A stretch of 64,000 nucleotides of DNA. Source: Spironucleus salmonicida (lineage: Eukaryota). The stretch spans positions 1,054,001 through 1,118,000 of the forward strand of contig NC_090598.1 in the NCBI RefSeq assembly GCF_000497125.1. The letters run 5' to 3'. The notes under the pieces were generated by a model. It was not told the origin of the DNA. It ran no database searches and saw only the letters and a list, made by a program, of their open reading frames with translations. The position numbers were made by a program, and so were the translations under genes. Positions 26,382 through 37,191 of the stretch are shown here, one piece after another; positions within the stretch are counted from its first letter, which is position 1; every line of letters starts with the position of its first letter.

Positions 26382-29177
26382 ATGAACTTAAGTTAATATA
26401 TCACAAATTTTAAAAAGTACTCAACTCATACTACTAAAACGCATGATATTCAGATATTTCTAGACACAATTAATGAAAATCTAGTTTTTTAATTAATGAA
26501 TCGGTATTTTTATGATACAATATGGTCACTGCGTAATTATTATATTAAAAAGTGGCTGAAAACTTTTCACAAAATAATTAACTAACTTTTATTAATTAGA
26601 AACGATCAATATTATTCATTAATTTAAGATATTATATCTTTGACTTTGCATGATTGTAAATAAATTTAACACCATTATCTCTAAGATTATGTGTATTACA
26701 ATCTTGAAATATAAGTTTTATTATAACTAGGTCCTACTATAATTTCTACCTTATTAGAGTAAAATAAATTAGACTAAATATTACATTTAATAGAAAATGC
26801 ACAATTAAGTATAAATCCAAATATTATGGTTTTTAATGATTATGTAGTATACTTAGCATTAAATACTTAATTATTATAACAAGTTTTTGATAAATCTCTG
26901 TGTTTATCATTATTTAAACTATCTGGAACATGCATACTTATAAATAATTTATCTGGCAAAAAAATGTAAAAATAATCATCAGATAATGGATTTCTATGTG
27001 ATGAAATACTATTTTACTAAGATTATTAGGAAGCTGTTAAATATTGGGAAGGTAAATATGAATTTTAACCGTTAAGGGCTCCAGGAGTAATATTTGAATA
27101 GGAAATTATATTTCCTATTTTTGATTTAGATTTATCTTAACTTTCTGCGTACATTGCGGCAATATTAGAATAGTTTAACATATTTTTAGAGATTCTTATA
27201 TAAGATTTATAAGATTTAGTAGTTATTGATTATGATAACGTCAAAAATACTATTATTTAGTATGCAAATTTGTTAAAGAATGAGAATTTAGTTAAATTAT
27301 ATCCTCCGTTATCATAGTTATTGGTATTACTTATTTCAGAAATATACTAATTAAATGAATTAGAGGTTTCAGCAAGAAAGAAAGAGAAAAAATATGAGAA
27401 TATTATTTTAATTTAAAGTTAATACTAATATCTTATGAAATCTAATTAGCTTTCATTTTAATTGCCAGATTTAACTTATATCTAAATTTTCTAATCTGAA
27501 ATTTAATACTAAGAAAATTTAAAGAATAGTATGAGAATTCTTTAAGGAAAGTAATAATAAAATAGCCAAATTTATGAGGACACTGAAATGAAAGGAACTT
27601 CTCATGTATTCTCACAATCGTCGAATCCTCATTAAATATTTAAAATTCCAGCATGCAAAAACAAATTAATAATACTGTCAGCCTTGGCAAAACTTATTAT
27701 GCTTAATAAAAATGGAGATGAAATGTTAGATGAAATGGATCTTTCAGTTGGGATGGTTAGATTCATAGTAGCATCTATTTTTTAAAATGAAAACTATAAT
27801 AATACGCTCAGAAATAAAGTTTCTCATAAATTAGAGTTTTAAAATAATAATCTTGATGTAAGTTATGTTATTTATCCAGCAGCAGTATAAAGCAATATAT
27901 TTCACTAATTAAACAATTCGCTTAACATTTCCAGCTGTTATCCCCTTTCTCTTTTAGACTTAAAAACTAGTATTTAGCCTCTTCCACGTATTAAAAAGTT
28001 GTCTACTTTTGTGAAAAACCTTCAAAGAATTTAAAATAATTCAGGATATGAATTTATAGGACTGTATGAACATTCATCACTAACATTACATTAATTTTGT
28101 ATACCATTTGATTTTAAGGATTACCCACTCAGAAACCTTTTATCACTACTTAAATCTTCATCGTGTATAATTGTTTACATATTTTAACCTTCAATTAGTT
28201 TACTACTATATAGCATTATATCACAAACACCGAAAAAATAATTAGGTTTAAATATTCTTAAATTGATAAGTAATGAGATATCTAAAAACCCTTTATTATG
28301 CAAATAAGAGGTTATCCTTTTGTTGCTGAGAAGTTTTTGCATTATTGGTTAAACTATGCTTTAAAGAAATCTAAAAATTGATGAAATAGTATTAGATTTT
28401 ATTAATATTTTCATCAGTATAATTCCTATAACAGAACTAGCTATATTAATTATGGATGTTTCATCAGAATATTAAGAAGATACAGTTCCCGAAACATTAG
28501 AGAAACGTTTTACAGATTGTAATAATATTATTGATATACAATATGGAAATAAATATGCAGTACATCCTTAGTAACTTAATAGACTTAATTATATCGTTGA
28601 TTTTTTATTGTTTTGTCGTGATTCTTATTTATAAAATTTAGAAATTTAAGATACTATTACATCTAATCACGTAACAACACTGACTAATTAACTAATTATT
28701 TTTAGGTTTGCAGATAAAGGATATATTACAAAACTTTTATAAACAGCAAATATAATTATTAGCAAAATTGATATTAAGTCTATTTTTCGAAAATAGGATA
28801 TGTTGTAGCTATTATTATAACGCAAGTAATAATTAATATCCTTCCTTATATAAGTTTAAGATTTTGCAGAAGCTACAGGTTTTACTGACCCTAGAATCAT
28901 GGTACTAGATATAAATATGTTATTCTTTATTGAATTAAGAAATGATTATTATAGTGAACGAATACACAGAACGGGTAATAAATTAATGCATTGCTTCTAG
29001 GACTAAGTACTTAAATTGTAAAGTTTGGTTGAATAATCTATTTAGAACTCTAAGTTAGAGTTTTTTGCACCACTTTTGGCGGATCGATTATCAGTAGCTA
29101 TGGTGCTGTGCGGAACACCTTAATCATAATTTAGCTAATAGTATTTTAGTGTATCTTCACTTTGCTTAGATGATTGA
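26382..29177 (+). CDS. large hypothetical protein, ~931 aa
   Basis: ATG 26382 in frame with TGA 29175; divergent from the 26310 gene; interior not checked codon by codon. Confidence 0.65.
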
Positions 29178-29440
29178 TTACTTGATTATATTTTATCATG
29201 TAAAACTAAAGTTATGTTTTTATAAGTTTAAGTATTACTAAATAATCATAAATAACATTGCATATATTATAAATATTCAATTTTATATAAAAATAAATCA
29301 GTTATTTTACTATAATCTGGACAATTAGATAACAATTAGCTTAATATTATCAATAACCTCTTCATTTTTAAACATTGTAAATATATTAACGTTAAATAAC
29401 CTGATAAAATTAGTATATTTGGCATTTGAGGTTAAATTAA

Positions 29441-30733
29441 CCAGGACAGTACGCCACTTGCGACGACGAGTGGGCTGGAGGGGCCCTGCTCCCTCCGCCG
29501 GGTGAGCTTCCCTCTTCTGGCTCATTATCAGCTGCAATGCACTATTTATTACATACGATAATACATCTGCGGTTTCTGCCGTGGCCAATACTGCGCGGTA
29601 ACCGCGGGGAAGTCCGCCCAGCAGGAAGTGCAGGCTCACTTCCAGCCCTGCAGCAAGCACCCGGTCGTGATCACGTTGGTTGCCTGCCCACGCTCCTGGC
29701 GCCGGCCTAGTGGCAAAATTCCACACTCCACAATGAACTTCGGGCTCTGCGCTTCCTGCGGCGGACACATGGAGATCGTCTACTGCGACGGGCACTGCTC
29801 GCGGGCGTTCTGCGAGCCCTGCATCAACCGAGCGCTGGGCGGCAACCTGTCCCCCCTCTACGCTAACACCGACGCCGAGTTCCTCTGCTACTCGTGCCTG
29901 CGGGGCGAGAAGCGGTGCTGGCTCTGCGGCAGCGGGACCAACCAGCGCGGCGGCTTCGGCATCTTCACCTGCCGGGCGTGCGGCGCCAGGAGTGAGGAGT
30001 GCGGCACGTGCGAGTCCGACGCGCCGGTGGTCACCTGCTACTTCTGCCTCGCCTCCTTCCACACGGCGTGCTCGGAGGGCGTGCAGCTGGACGACAACGA
30101 GGGCGACCTGGTGGTGGGGATCTGCCAGGCCTGTGCGGGGGCGGCTGGCACGGACTTCGTCGGCGACGGGACCCTCCGCGCGGACCTGCACTGCTACCAG
30201 GGCCTGATCGTCCGCGGCTCGCTGTTCGGGGAGTTCTGCGCCGAGTTCTGGCCGGAGATTCAGCGGGTCCCCTTCGACGCCGCGCGGCAGCGAGAGATGT
30301 GCGACCTGATCAGCCTGGACCGGGACGCCGCGCTGCTGGACACGGTGCCGGACATCCTGAACTGCCTGGGCCTCCGGAACTACGACCTGGACTTCCTGGG
30401 CTGGCTGGTGATCGCGGTCAGGGGCGTGTTCGAGGCCCTGGCGGCCGACCAGTGCTTCTACGACGTGGTGGAGGCGCGGCTGGAGCCCCACAAGAAGAGC
30501 GCTGCCGAGCTCGCCAGGCGGGCTGTCCGGGTGGTGCACGACGACTGAGCCCTGGCGCCTCCCCTGGGCGTTCTTTCCCTTCCACTCCCGCATTCCATTG
30601 CGCGCATATACGAGCGTCCACCTATGCTCTCTGCAACTTTCCGGGAGAAACCGGCGCGAAGAACCACATCCCGCATTCGGAGCATCTGGGCCCCTCCAGC
30701 CCACTCGTCGTCGCAAGTGGCGTACTGTCCTGG
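29441..30733 (+). mobile_element. 1293-bp TIR cassette (putative non-autonomous TTAA-specific DNA transposon), copy 1
   Basis: Perfect 46-bp inverted repeats 29441-29486 / 30688-30733 (CCAGGACAGTACGCCACTTGCGACGACGAGTGGGCTGGAGGGGCCC), TTAA on both sides, GC-rich island in AT-rich DNA. Confidence 0.75.
29733..30548 (+). CDS. tandem PHD/ADD-like zinc-finger protein, 271 aa (cassette cargo)
   Basis: CASCGG..YCDGHCSRAFCEPCI...FLCYSC..CWLC...CRAC..CGTC..CYFCLASFHTAC..CQAC; C-rich motif before ATG. Confidence 0.82.
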   Translation: MNFGLCASCGGHMEIVYCDGHCSRAFCEPCINRALGGNLSPLYANTDAEFLCYSCLRGEKRCWLCGSGTNQRGGFGIFTCRACGARSEECGTCESDAPVVTCYFCLASFHTACSEGVQLDDNEGDLVVGICQACAGAAGTDFVGDGTLRADLHCYQGLIVRGSLFGEFCAEFWPEIQRVPFDAARQREMCDLISLDRDAALLDTVPDILNCLGLRNYDLDFLGWLVIAVRGVFEALAADQCFYDVVEARLEPHKKSAAELARRAVRVVHDD

Positions 30734-31824
30734 TTAATTTTACGACAAATATTATATAGGTTAAGAAAATTAAGCATAAAATTTATTCTAGTATCGTCAG
30801 AATCTGATATATAAAAAATACTATATTAAGCTAAGAAATTACAAAGTTTACTAAGCAAACCGTAGATGCAAACGGAACTAAACCTAAATTCTACCAATTA
30901 GCAAAACTAAAATATCTTACTTTGAGTAACATTAATCCGTTAATCAAGTAATTAAAAATTAATAGTGGATAAGCAAAATAAGAGTTGATTTAAACAGATA
31001 TTTCGTAAATTATCTGTTAACAGTCGGTAAATCTGCTTGCATTAAACTTTAACTTAAAACAACTAAAGAGATCTATAAAATGTAATTACCGAATGTACAG
31101 TATTAATAAAACTATAAGTTTGTTACCAGTAAATTCAACAGGTTGTCAACTTTGATTTTTCTAGACTAAAAAATTGATTTAGGTGAAAATAAGTCTTATG
31201 TAAGCTGACCGTAAACCTTAGCATAAAATATTGAACTAGTTATCTACCTATCGCATTATCTGCAAATACTCCACCTAAAATTGAATTTGCTAATTCAAAT
31301 TCAGCTTCACAACGGCAACAGACTCAAATAATTAATATAGCACTGTTTCAAGTAAGCTCGATATAGTAGGAATAGTTTAGCGCCATCAGCCAGGCTATGT
31401 TCCATGGTATGAGGATTTTGCAGCTGACCCTATCACCGAAACAAATCAAAACTGCACGGTGAGTGACTACACTATCAGGGCGCATATCTAATTTCCGGGA
31501 TAGCTGTGGGTGAACCTGCAAGTGATAAATGTGGACTCATTGGACTTATCATCATTAGGTGCAGAAATTAACCGATATGATGTGACGAACCAGCAGCTGC
31601 GACGGTCCTAAATATGTGGGACTGCTGACGGTACTTCAGAACCGCGAATTCGCTTGTCAATGGCAGGAAACTGCTGTAGTCGTCATCGTGTCCTGCATTT
31701 TGCAAGCACTGAATATGCTAGACCTGTGTTACGTGGAATATCTTGACTGACTGTGGTACGGGCTTACAACTGGTCAGATTTTTTAATTTCGCCGCATCAG
31801 GCGTGTAAATTGCTACTCAGCTCC

Positions 31825-32454
31825 TCACTCAATCGCTAACTCTCTTCTGAACTACGCCACTGCCGCTAATTCCTAGTCATTCAAGTACACTACACAGGGC
31901 CAGTTTCTGCCGTAGCCGTTGCAGTCCAGGCCGTATCCCAGCAACCAAATGTCGGGGAGGCTGGCATTCCCCAGAAATTTGACAGTGCCGACGGCTCCCA
32001 TGTCCTTCGCAAATGCGACGCATATTTCTCCGCCTTTCAGCAGCTTCTAGACCGCCAGAACGGAGTTTCCGGTGTCCCAGAGTTCATCAACGATTAGCAC
32101 ATTTTCGGCACTTCGTATTTCATCTGTAACACCCGTGATCTTCGCATCTTGCTACTCGGTCCCCTGATAGGAAGACACTTTTATGAAGGAAACGCGAACT
32201 GGAATGGAAAGACGTCTTGTGATATCAGATACAATGTGGTAGGCACCGGTTAGGAGTCCTACGATGTACAAAGGGTTGGATTCCGTTACTATGTCTTTGT
32301 AGTGATTTTCAATATTTCTTGCTAGCTTTTCGACGATAAACTGGACCTCTTCTATAGTAAGAAGCAGATGAGCATTTGACTTAAGGTTATATTGTGCTCT
32401 TATCCCAGCCGTTATCTCAGAGATTGGCCGGTTTGTTACCTTGCAGGTCGACAT
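31825..32454 (-). CDS. hypoxanthine/guanine phosphoribosyltransferase, copy 1, 209 aa
   Basis: GLLTGA, KVSSY, PRPP loop VLIVDELWDTGNS, WLLGYGLD; ends GAG TGA. Confidence 0.9.
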
Positions 32455-32772
32455 TATTAAATGAATGTTAAAAAATGATAATAATATAATCGTTTTTATA
32501 TGTAAATAGATAAAAAGAAATAACAAACCACAAAATTTGAACCACAAAACATAAATAAAAATGATATAAATATATATGTTTAGTATGTAACTTTTAAGTT
32601 AATTCTGAGTACTAGATGAAAATTACTAGTATTCAACCTGAGTTTTCAATAATGATAATGATATTTGGGGCATAATAAGTATATATATCTTGGGAACCAA
32701 TTTTCAGAACCACAAATTTCATCATGTAGATCTACTAAAATACGTATATATAAACCGAGTCCCACCCCCAAA
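32455..32772. promoter_or_regulatory. putative bidirectional AT-rich promoter (phosphoribosyltransferase / CofE-like)
   Basis: 318-bp AT-rich spacer between divergent ATGs; TATATATAAA then CCCACCCCCAAAATG. Confidence 0.55.
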
Positions 32773-33945
32773 ATGCTAGGCGTTGTGTCCCGCGGCATCC
32801 GCGCCCCGATCATCAAGCAGGGCGACGACCTCCGGGCCATCGTGGTCGATACCGTGCTCAAGGCGGCCCAGGAGAGCTCCGTGACCCTCCAGGACCGCGA
32901 CGTGGTCTGCATCACCGAGTCCGTCGTCGCCCGCGCCCAGGGCAACTACGCCTCCACGGCTGCCATCGCGGCCGACGTCCGCGCCAAGACCGGCGGCGGC
33001 ACGGTGGGGCTGGTGTTCCCCATCATGTCCCGGAACCGCTTCTCGATGCTGCTCAAGGGCATCGCGCAGGGCGTGGACAAAGTGGTCATCCAGCTGTCCT
33101 ACCCTGCGGACGAGTAGGGTGATGCCCTGTTTCCGATAGAAGAGTTGCTCGCGAAAAATATCAACCCCCACTGCGACAACTTTACCGAGGTGGAGTTCAG
33201 GAAGCACTTTCCATCCACAGTTTTAAAGTATACCGGCGTGGACTACATTAACCTCTACAAAGACATCGCCGGCCCCAACTGCGAGATAGTGCTGAGCAAC
33301 GACCCCGCGCACATCCTCGCCTACACCGACGTCGTCATCGCCGCGGACATCCACTCCCGCGGGCGCACCAAGCAGCGCCTGCTCAGCCAGGGCGCGCGGA
33401 CCGTGCTCTGCCTGGACGACCTGCTCACAGCCAGCGTGGACGGCTCCGGCTTCCAGCCCCAGTTCGGGCTCCTCGGCAGCAACCTCGCCCGGGACGACCA
33501 GGTGAAGCTCTTCCCCCGCGACTCGCAGGCCCTGGTCGAGCAGATCCAGGCTGACCTCCTGGCCCGCACCGGCAGGACGCTCGAGGTCATGGTCTTCGGC
33601 GACGGCGCCTTCAAGGACCCCGTCGGCGGCATCTGGGAGCTGGCGGACCCCGTGGTGAGCCCCGGCTTCACGGCGGGTCTCGGCGGGCTCCCCAACGAGA
33701 TCAAGCTCAAGTACGCCGCGGACAACGAGCTGGACGGGCTGCGCGGCCCGGAGGCGGAGCAGGCCATGCGCGCCCTCATCAGGCGCAAGAGCGCGGACCT
33801 GGTGGGCAGCATCGCCGCGCAGGGCACCACGCCCCGGGCGCTGACGGACCTGCTCGGGAGCCTGGCGGACCTCACCACGGGCAGCGGCGACAAGGGCACC
33901 CCGTTCGTGCTGATCCAGAACTACTTCAAGAGCTACGCCGAGTGA
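32773..33945 (+). CDS. F420-0:gamma-glutamyl ligase-like (CofE family, bacterial type), copy 1, 390 aa
   Basis: SRGIRAPIIKQGDDL, ITESVVARAQGNY, GDGAFKDPVGGIWELADP, SLADLTTGSGDKGTP; one internal TAG (33115) read as Gln. Confidence 0.85.
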
Positions 33946-34003
33946 CGTTTTCCTGCTTATCGCGAGGTGCCGCGGGAGACGACCCGAGTGACACGAAAGA
34001 AGC

Positions 34004-34318
34004 TCACGGAATACCGGCCAGCCCCACGAACAGGGCGAACACCAGGTTGCTGATGACGCCGAAGAACACGCCGACGCGCAGCTCCCCGGGCATGCTGTCG
34101 TGCAGCACGAAGGGGAACGCCAGGACGTTGAACACGAGCCCCACGAGGATCCCGCACACGATCGTCAGCATCTTCTGGAAGCTGCTCATGACGCGGTTCA
34201 CCGGCTGCACGGCGTTCCCCGGCCCCTCCAGGTTCCTCTCCCGCGCGAGCTGCCACAGGTTCTGACCGTTCTGGCCGTCGCTCTGCCACTCCACCTCCAG
34301 CTTGAGCGGCGTCAGGGG
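34004..34318 (-). pseudogene. 3' fragment of the DSC3-like gene (full copy 51946-52947)
   Basis: Matches the C-terminal ~105 codons, then switches to unrelated sequence at 34319; 9-bp deletion. Confidence 0.85.
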
Positions 34319-34371
34319 AGTGCGGGCCGCAGCTAGGGGCTGTCTGCGCTCCTTTTCCGCTCGCACCAAAA

Positions 34372-35862
34372 ATGACAGATGGTGCGCGCGCGGCAGACCG
34401 CGGCGGGGATGCTCCCCCAGAGTCCCAGGGCCTCCTGACTGCCACGCTGCCGGCCGCAGCCGAGCTTCCCGATCCCTCCGTAGCGCACCTCTCGCTCGAC
34501 GGCAGGTGGGACGCCGCAGTGCGCCTGGACGCTCTGACCAGCCTGGCCCTCGCCGATATGGACGGGACGGAGCCGCTCAGGTGCGCGGAGAGCGTGCGCG
34601 ATCTGCGGCTGGAGCGCGTGAGCGGCAAGATGGATGTCGGCCCCGCCCTCGCCAGGCTCACCATCGTCGACTCGCCCATTGTGTGCCGCAACCCCCACGG
34701 CGGCGACCTCCCGAACCTGACCGAGGTGGTCATATCATGTACGTCAAAGGAGTTTTCAGAACCCTGCGAATTGGCCAGCAACTGGCAGCCGCTGCTCAAC
34801 ATACTATAGGGGGCGAAATAGCTGAAGAACATGACACTGAATCGTAGCGGTACGCCTTACGCTAGTGCGCCGGATATGTCCGGACTTAGATAGCTGGAGA
34901 TGCTAGCTCTCAATGGAATAACTGGCAGTATCTACTTTCCCCCCAGCCTGCGGAGCGTCACCCTCACGAAGTGTACCGATTCGGTCTTCTAGTGCGATGC
35001 CGATTCGCTACCGGACCTCCGATATATCTGTCTCGACCTTATAAAGTGTGATTAATTATCCTTGGATAGAATATTGGGAAGGGCGAACGGGTTACGCAGT
35101 CTGACGTTGACATATAACGATTCATTTTACTATGATTATGTAATGTGTCCACCATAAATATCTAGACTGAAATAGCTTGAGACGCTGGTACTTGATGGAA
35201 TGAAGGGCGATATCTACTTTCACCCCAGCCTGCGGAGCGTCACCCTCACGCAGTGTTCTGTTAATAAATTCTACTGCGATGCCGATTCGCTGCCGGACCT
35301 ACGAGATATATTCCTGAGCCACGTGACCTATGTAAGCACCTCCATGGCCAGGGTGCTGTAGCTAGCACACGGGCTCCAGCGGCTTATCGTGCGCGGAACC
35401 GCTGAGAACAGCACCACGGTCTTGGCGCTCTACCTGCAGCCCTCGGTCGTGGTGCTGGAGCTCGATAGGGTGCGTCTGGGCCGCCTGGTCCTGGTCGGTG
35501 CCCCGTGCGTGGAGCGGCTCCGGCTCTGCAACATCCGCATCACGCCGGACCAACTGCCGGCGCTAGCCAGGCTGGTGAGGGTCAGGACGGTCATGCATCT
35601 GAACGTTAGCCACATTGGGGCGGGCTCCGGGCAGCAGGATACCGCCAGCCTGTAGCAGTTCGCGCTCCCGGCCTTCATCCGGAGGCCTGGTGTGGACATT
35701 GAGCTGGCCGTCCAGGTGGGGCAGCGGTACGTCCAGCGGGGCAGCATGGTGTACCAGGAGGACGATTCCCAGCCGGTGGCGCTGCCAACGCGGCTGGCGG
35801 CGTTCGTGTACCGGCAGAAGATCGAGCCGCTGGGCGTCCTGTGCGGGGCGCTGGTGGAGTGA
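34372..35862 (+). CDS. leucine-rich repeat protein, intact copy, 496 aa
   Basis: Continuous frame under table 6; LxxLxL repeats; internal 282-bp tandem module (YFPPSLRSVTLT..C....F.CDADSLPDLR); ends GAG TGA. Confidence 0.85.
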
Positions 35863-35887
35863 GCCGCTTCGAATCGCTCCGCTCCCA

Positions 35888-36466
35888 ATGCGGCCCTTCT
35901 CGCGGCCCCTCGCAGCGTACGACCAGCGCCTGCGCTCGCGCCAGCCCACGCAGCCCTGCCGGCCGCTCTTCGGCTACCTGCTGTGCGAGTACTTCGCGCA
36001 CGTGCAGCAGCGGCACCGCGGGCTCCCGGCGGACGAGTACATCACGGCGTGCGAGCAGCGCCTGCAGGCCCTGGGCGTGGAGGCCGGTGCGCGCCTCTGG
36101 GAGCAGTTCTGCCTGCGCCGCCTCGAGAGCACGGACCGCGGTGTGCGCGCGCCCCTCGACCTCGGCTCGGCCCAGGACGTGCTGAACGCCGTGCGCGCGC
36201 CCTTCTGGGCCTTCCTCTTCGGCGAGGACGAGCGCCGCGACGTGCAGCAGCTGCGCCTGAAGGACAACAACGGCTTCTACCTGATCGAGCGCGAGCCCGC
36301 CACCGACCAGTACATCTCCTTCCCCCGCGACTACTCCGGCATCCAGCCCAGCGCGGTGCTCAGCGGCGTCATCCGCGCGGTCCTCGGCTGCTGCGGCTTC
36401 GAGAGCGCCGTGAAGGTGTTCCTGAGCGAGGGCCTCACCTACTACGAGGTCGTCCTCCACGAGTGA
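35888..36466 (+). CDS. TRAPP complex subunit Trs31/TRAPPC5-like, copy 1, 192 aa
   Basis: LFGYLLCEY, RLQALGVEAGARL, FWAFLFG, LIEREPATDQYISFPRD, GVIRAVL..CGF. Confidence 0.85.
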   Translation: MRPFSRPLAAYDQRLRSRQPTQPCRPLFGYLLCEYFAHVQQRHRGLPADEYITACEQRLQALGVEAGARLWEQFCLRRLESTDRGVRAPLDLGSAQDVLNAVRAPFWAFLFGEDERRDVQQLRLKDNNGFYLIEREPATDQYISFPRDYSGIQPSAVLSGVIRAVLGCCGFESAVKVFLSEGLTYYEVVLHE

Positions 36467-36481
36467 TTTCCGCTCCCCACA

Positions 36482-37183
36482 ATGCGCTCCCTCACCGCCG
36501 CCCAGCTCCGCGCCGCCATCGGGCTCGTGCCGCTCATCCCGCCGCCCGAGTTCGAGGCAGCCGTACGCACCAGGCGGCCCGCGCTGTTCGTGACGCCCGG
36601 GGCGTACCAGCTGCTGTACGACGCCGTCACCGCCCTGCCCAAGCAGCTGGTGCTCGCCGCCGCCCGCCACACGCTCGTCGTCGGCCAGGACACCGGCCCC
36701 GAGCTCCCCGACGAGACGCTCCGCACGCTGCAGGCCGCGGACCGGCATGCGCTGTGGGTCCGCGCCGGCGTGTCCAAGGTGCAGCTGCAGGCCATGCTCG
36801 CGGCGGACTTCCCGGGGCGGCGCGCGAGGCCCGTGACGCTGACGATGCGCGGGCAGCAGGGCGGCCAGGCGCAGGCCAACCTGGTGTTCCTGGCCGCGCT
36901 CCGCCCCGCGCTGCCCTTCTGCGCCCGCGAGCTGTACCCCACCGGCGGGATGGGCGGCTACCCCGGCAGCCAGGCGCGCACGCACTTCGCCGCGAACTTC
37001 TGGCTGCACCTGCTGCTGCGCGGCGAGCTCTCGGGCCAGCTCGCGGCGTCGCTCCCCGAGGGCCGCGCGCACGGGGGCCAGGCGGAGTACCCCTCGGACA
37101 AGACGCCCCACGTGGCGGCCCTGCAGGAGCACCTGGAGCACGTGGTGCACGCGCGCGTGGCGGCCTTCCTGGGCTCCGAGTGA
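36482..37183 (+). CDS. hypothetical protein, copy 1, 233 aa
   Basis: C-rich motif + ATG, strong GC3 bias, ends GAG TGA. Confidence 0.72.
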   Translation: MRSLTAAQLRAAIGLVPLIPPPEFEAAVRTRRPALFVTPGAYQLLYDAVTALPKQLVLAAARHTLVVGQDTGPELPDETLRTLQAADRHALWVRAGVSKVQLQAMLAADFPGRRARPVTLTMRGQQGGQAQANLVFLAALRPALPFCARELYPTGGMGGYPGSQARTHFAANFWLHLLLRGELSGQLAASLPEGRAHGGQAEYPSDKTPHVAALQEHLEHVVHARVAAFLGSE

Positions 37184-37191
37184 CCGCATGC

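Larger units (their letters stand above)
29434..34318 (+). repeat. segmental duplication, direct copy of 47376-52269
   Basis: Near identity at offset 17942; this copy has a 9-bp deletion near 34308. Confidence 0.95.

Noticed and set aside
29441-30733. Cassette ORF as a transposase
   Set aside because: No DDE/DDD catalytic region; only zinc fingers and a short helical tail.
30738-31820. Possible gene between the cassette and the phosphoribosyltransferase
   Set aside because: Frames inspected are interrupted by TGA and show no motif; treated as non-coding or decayed.
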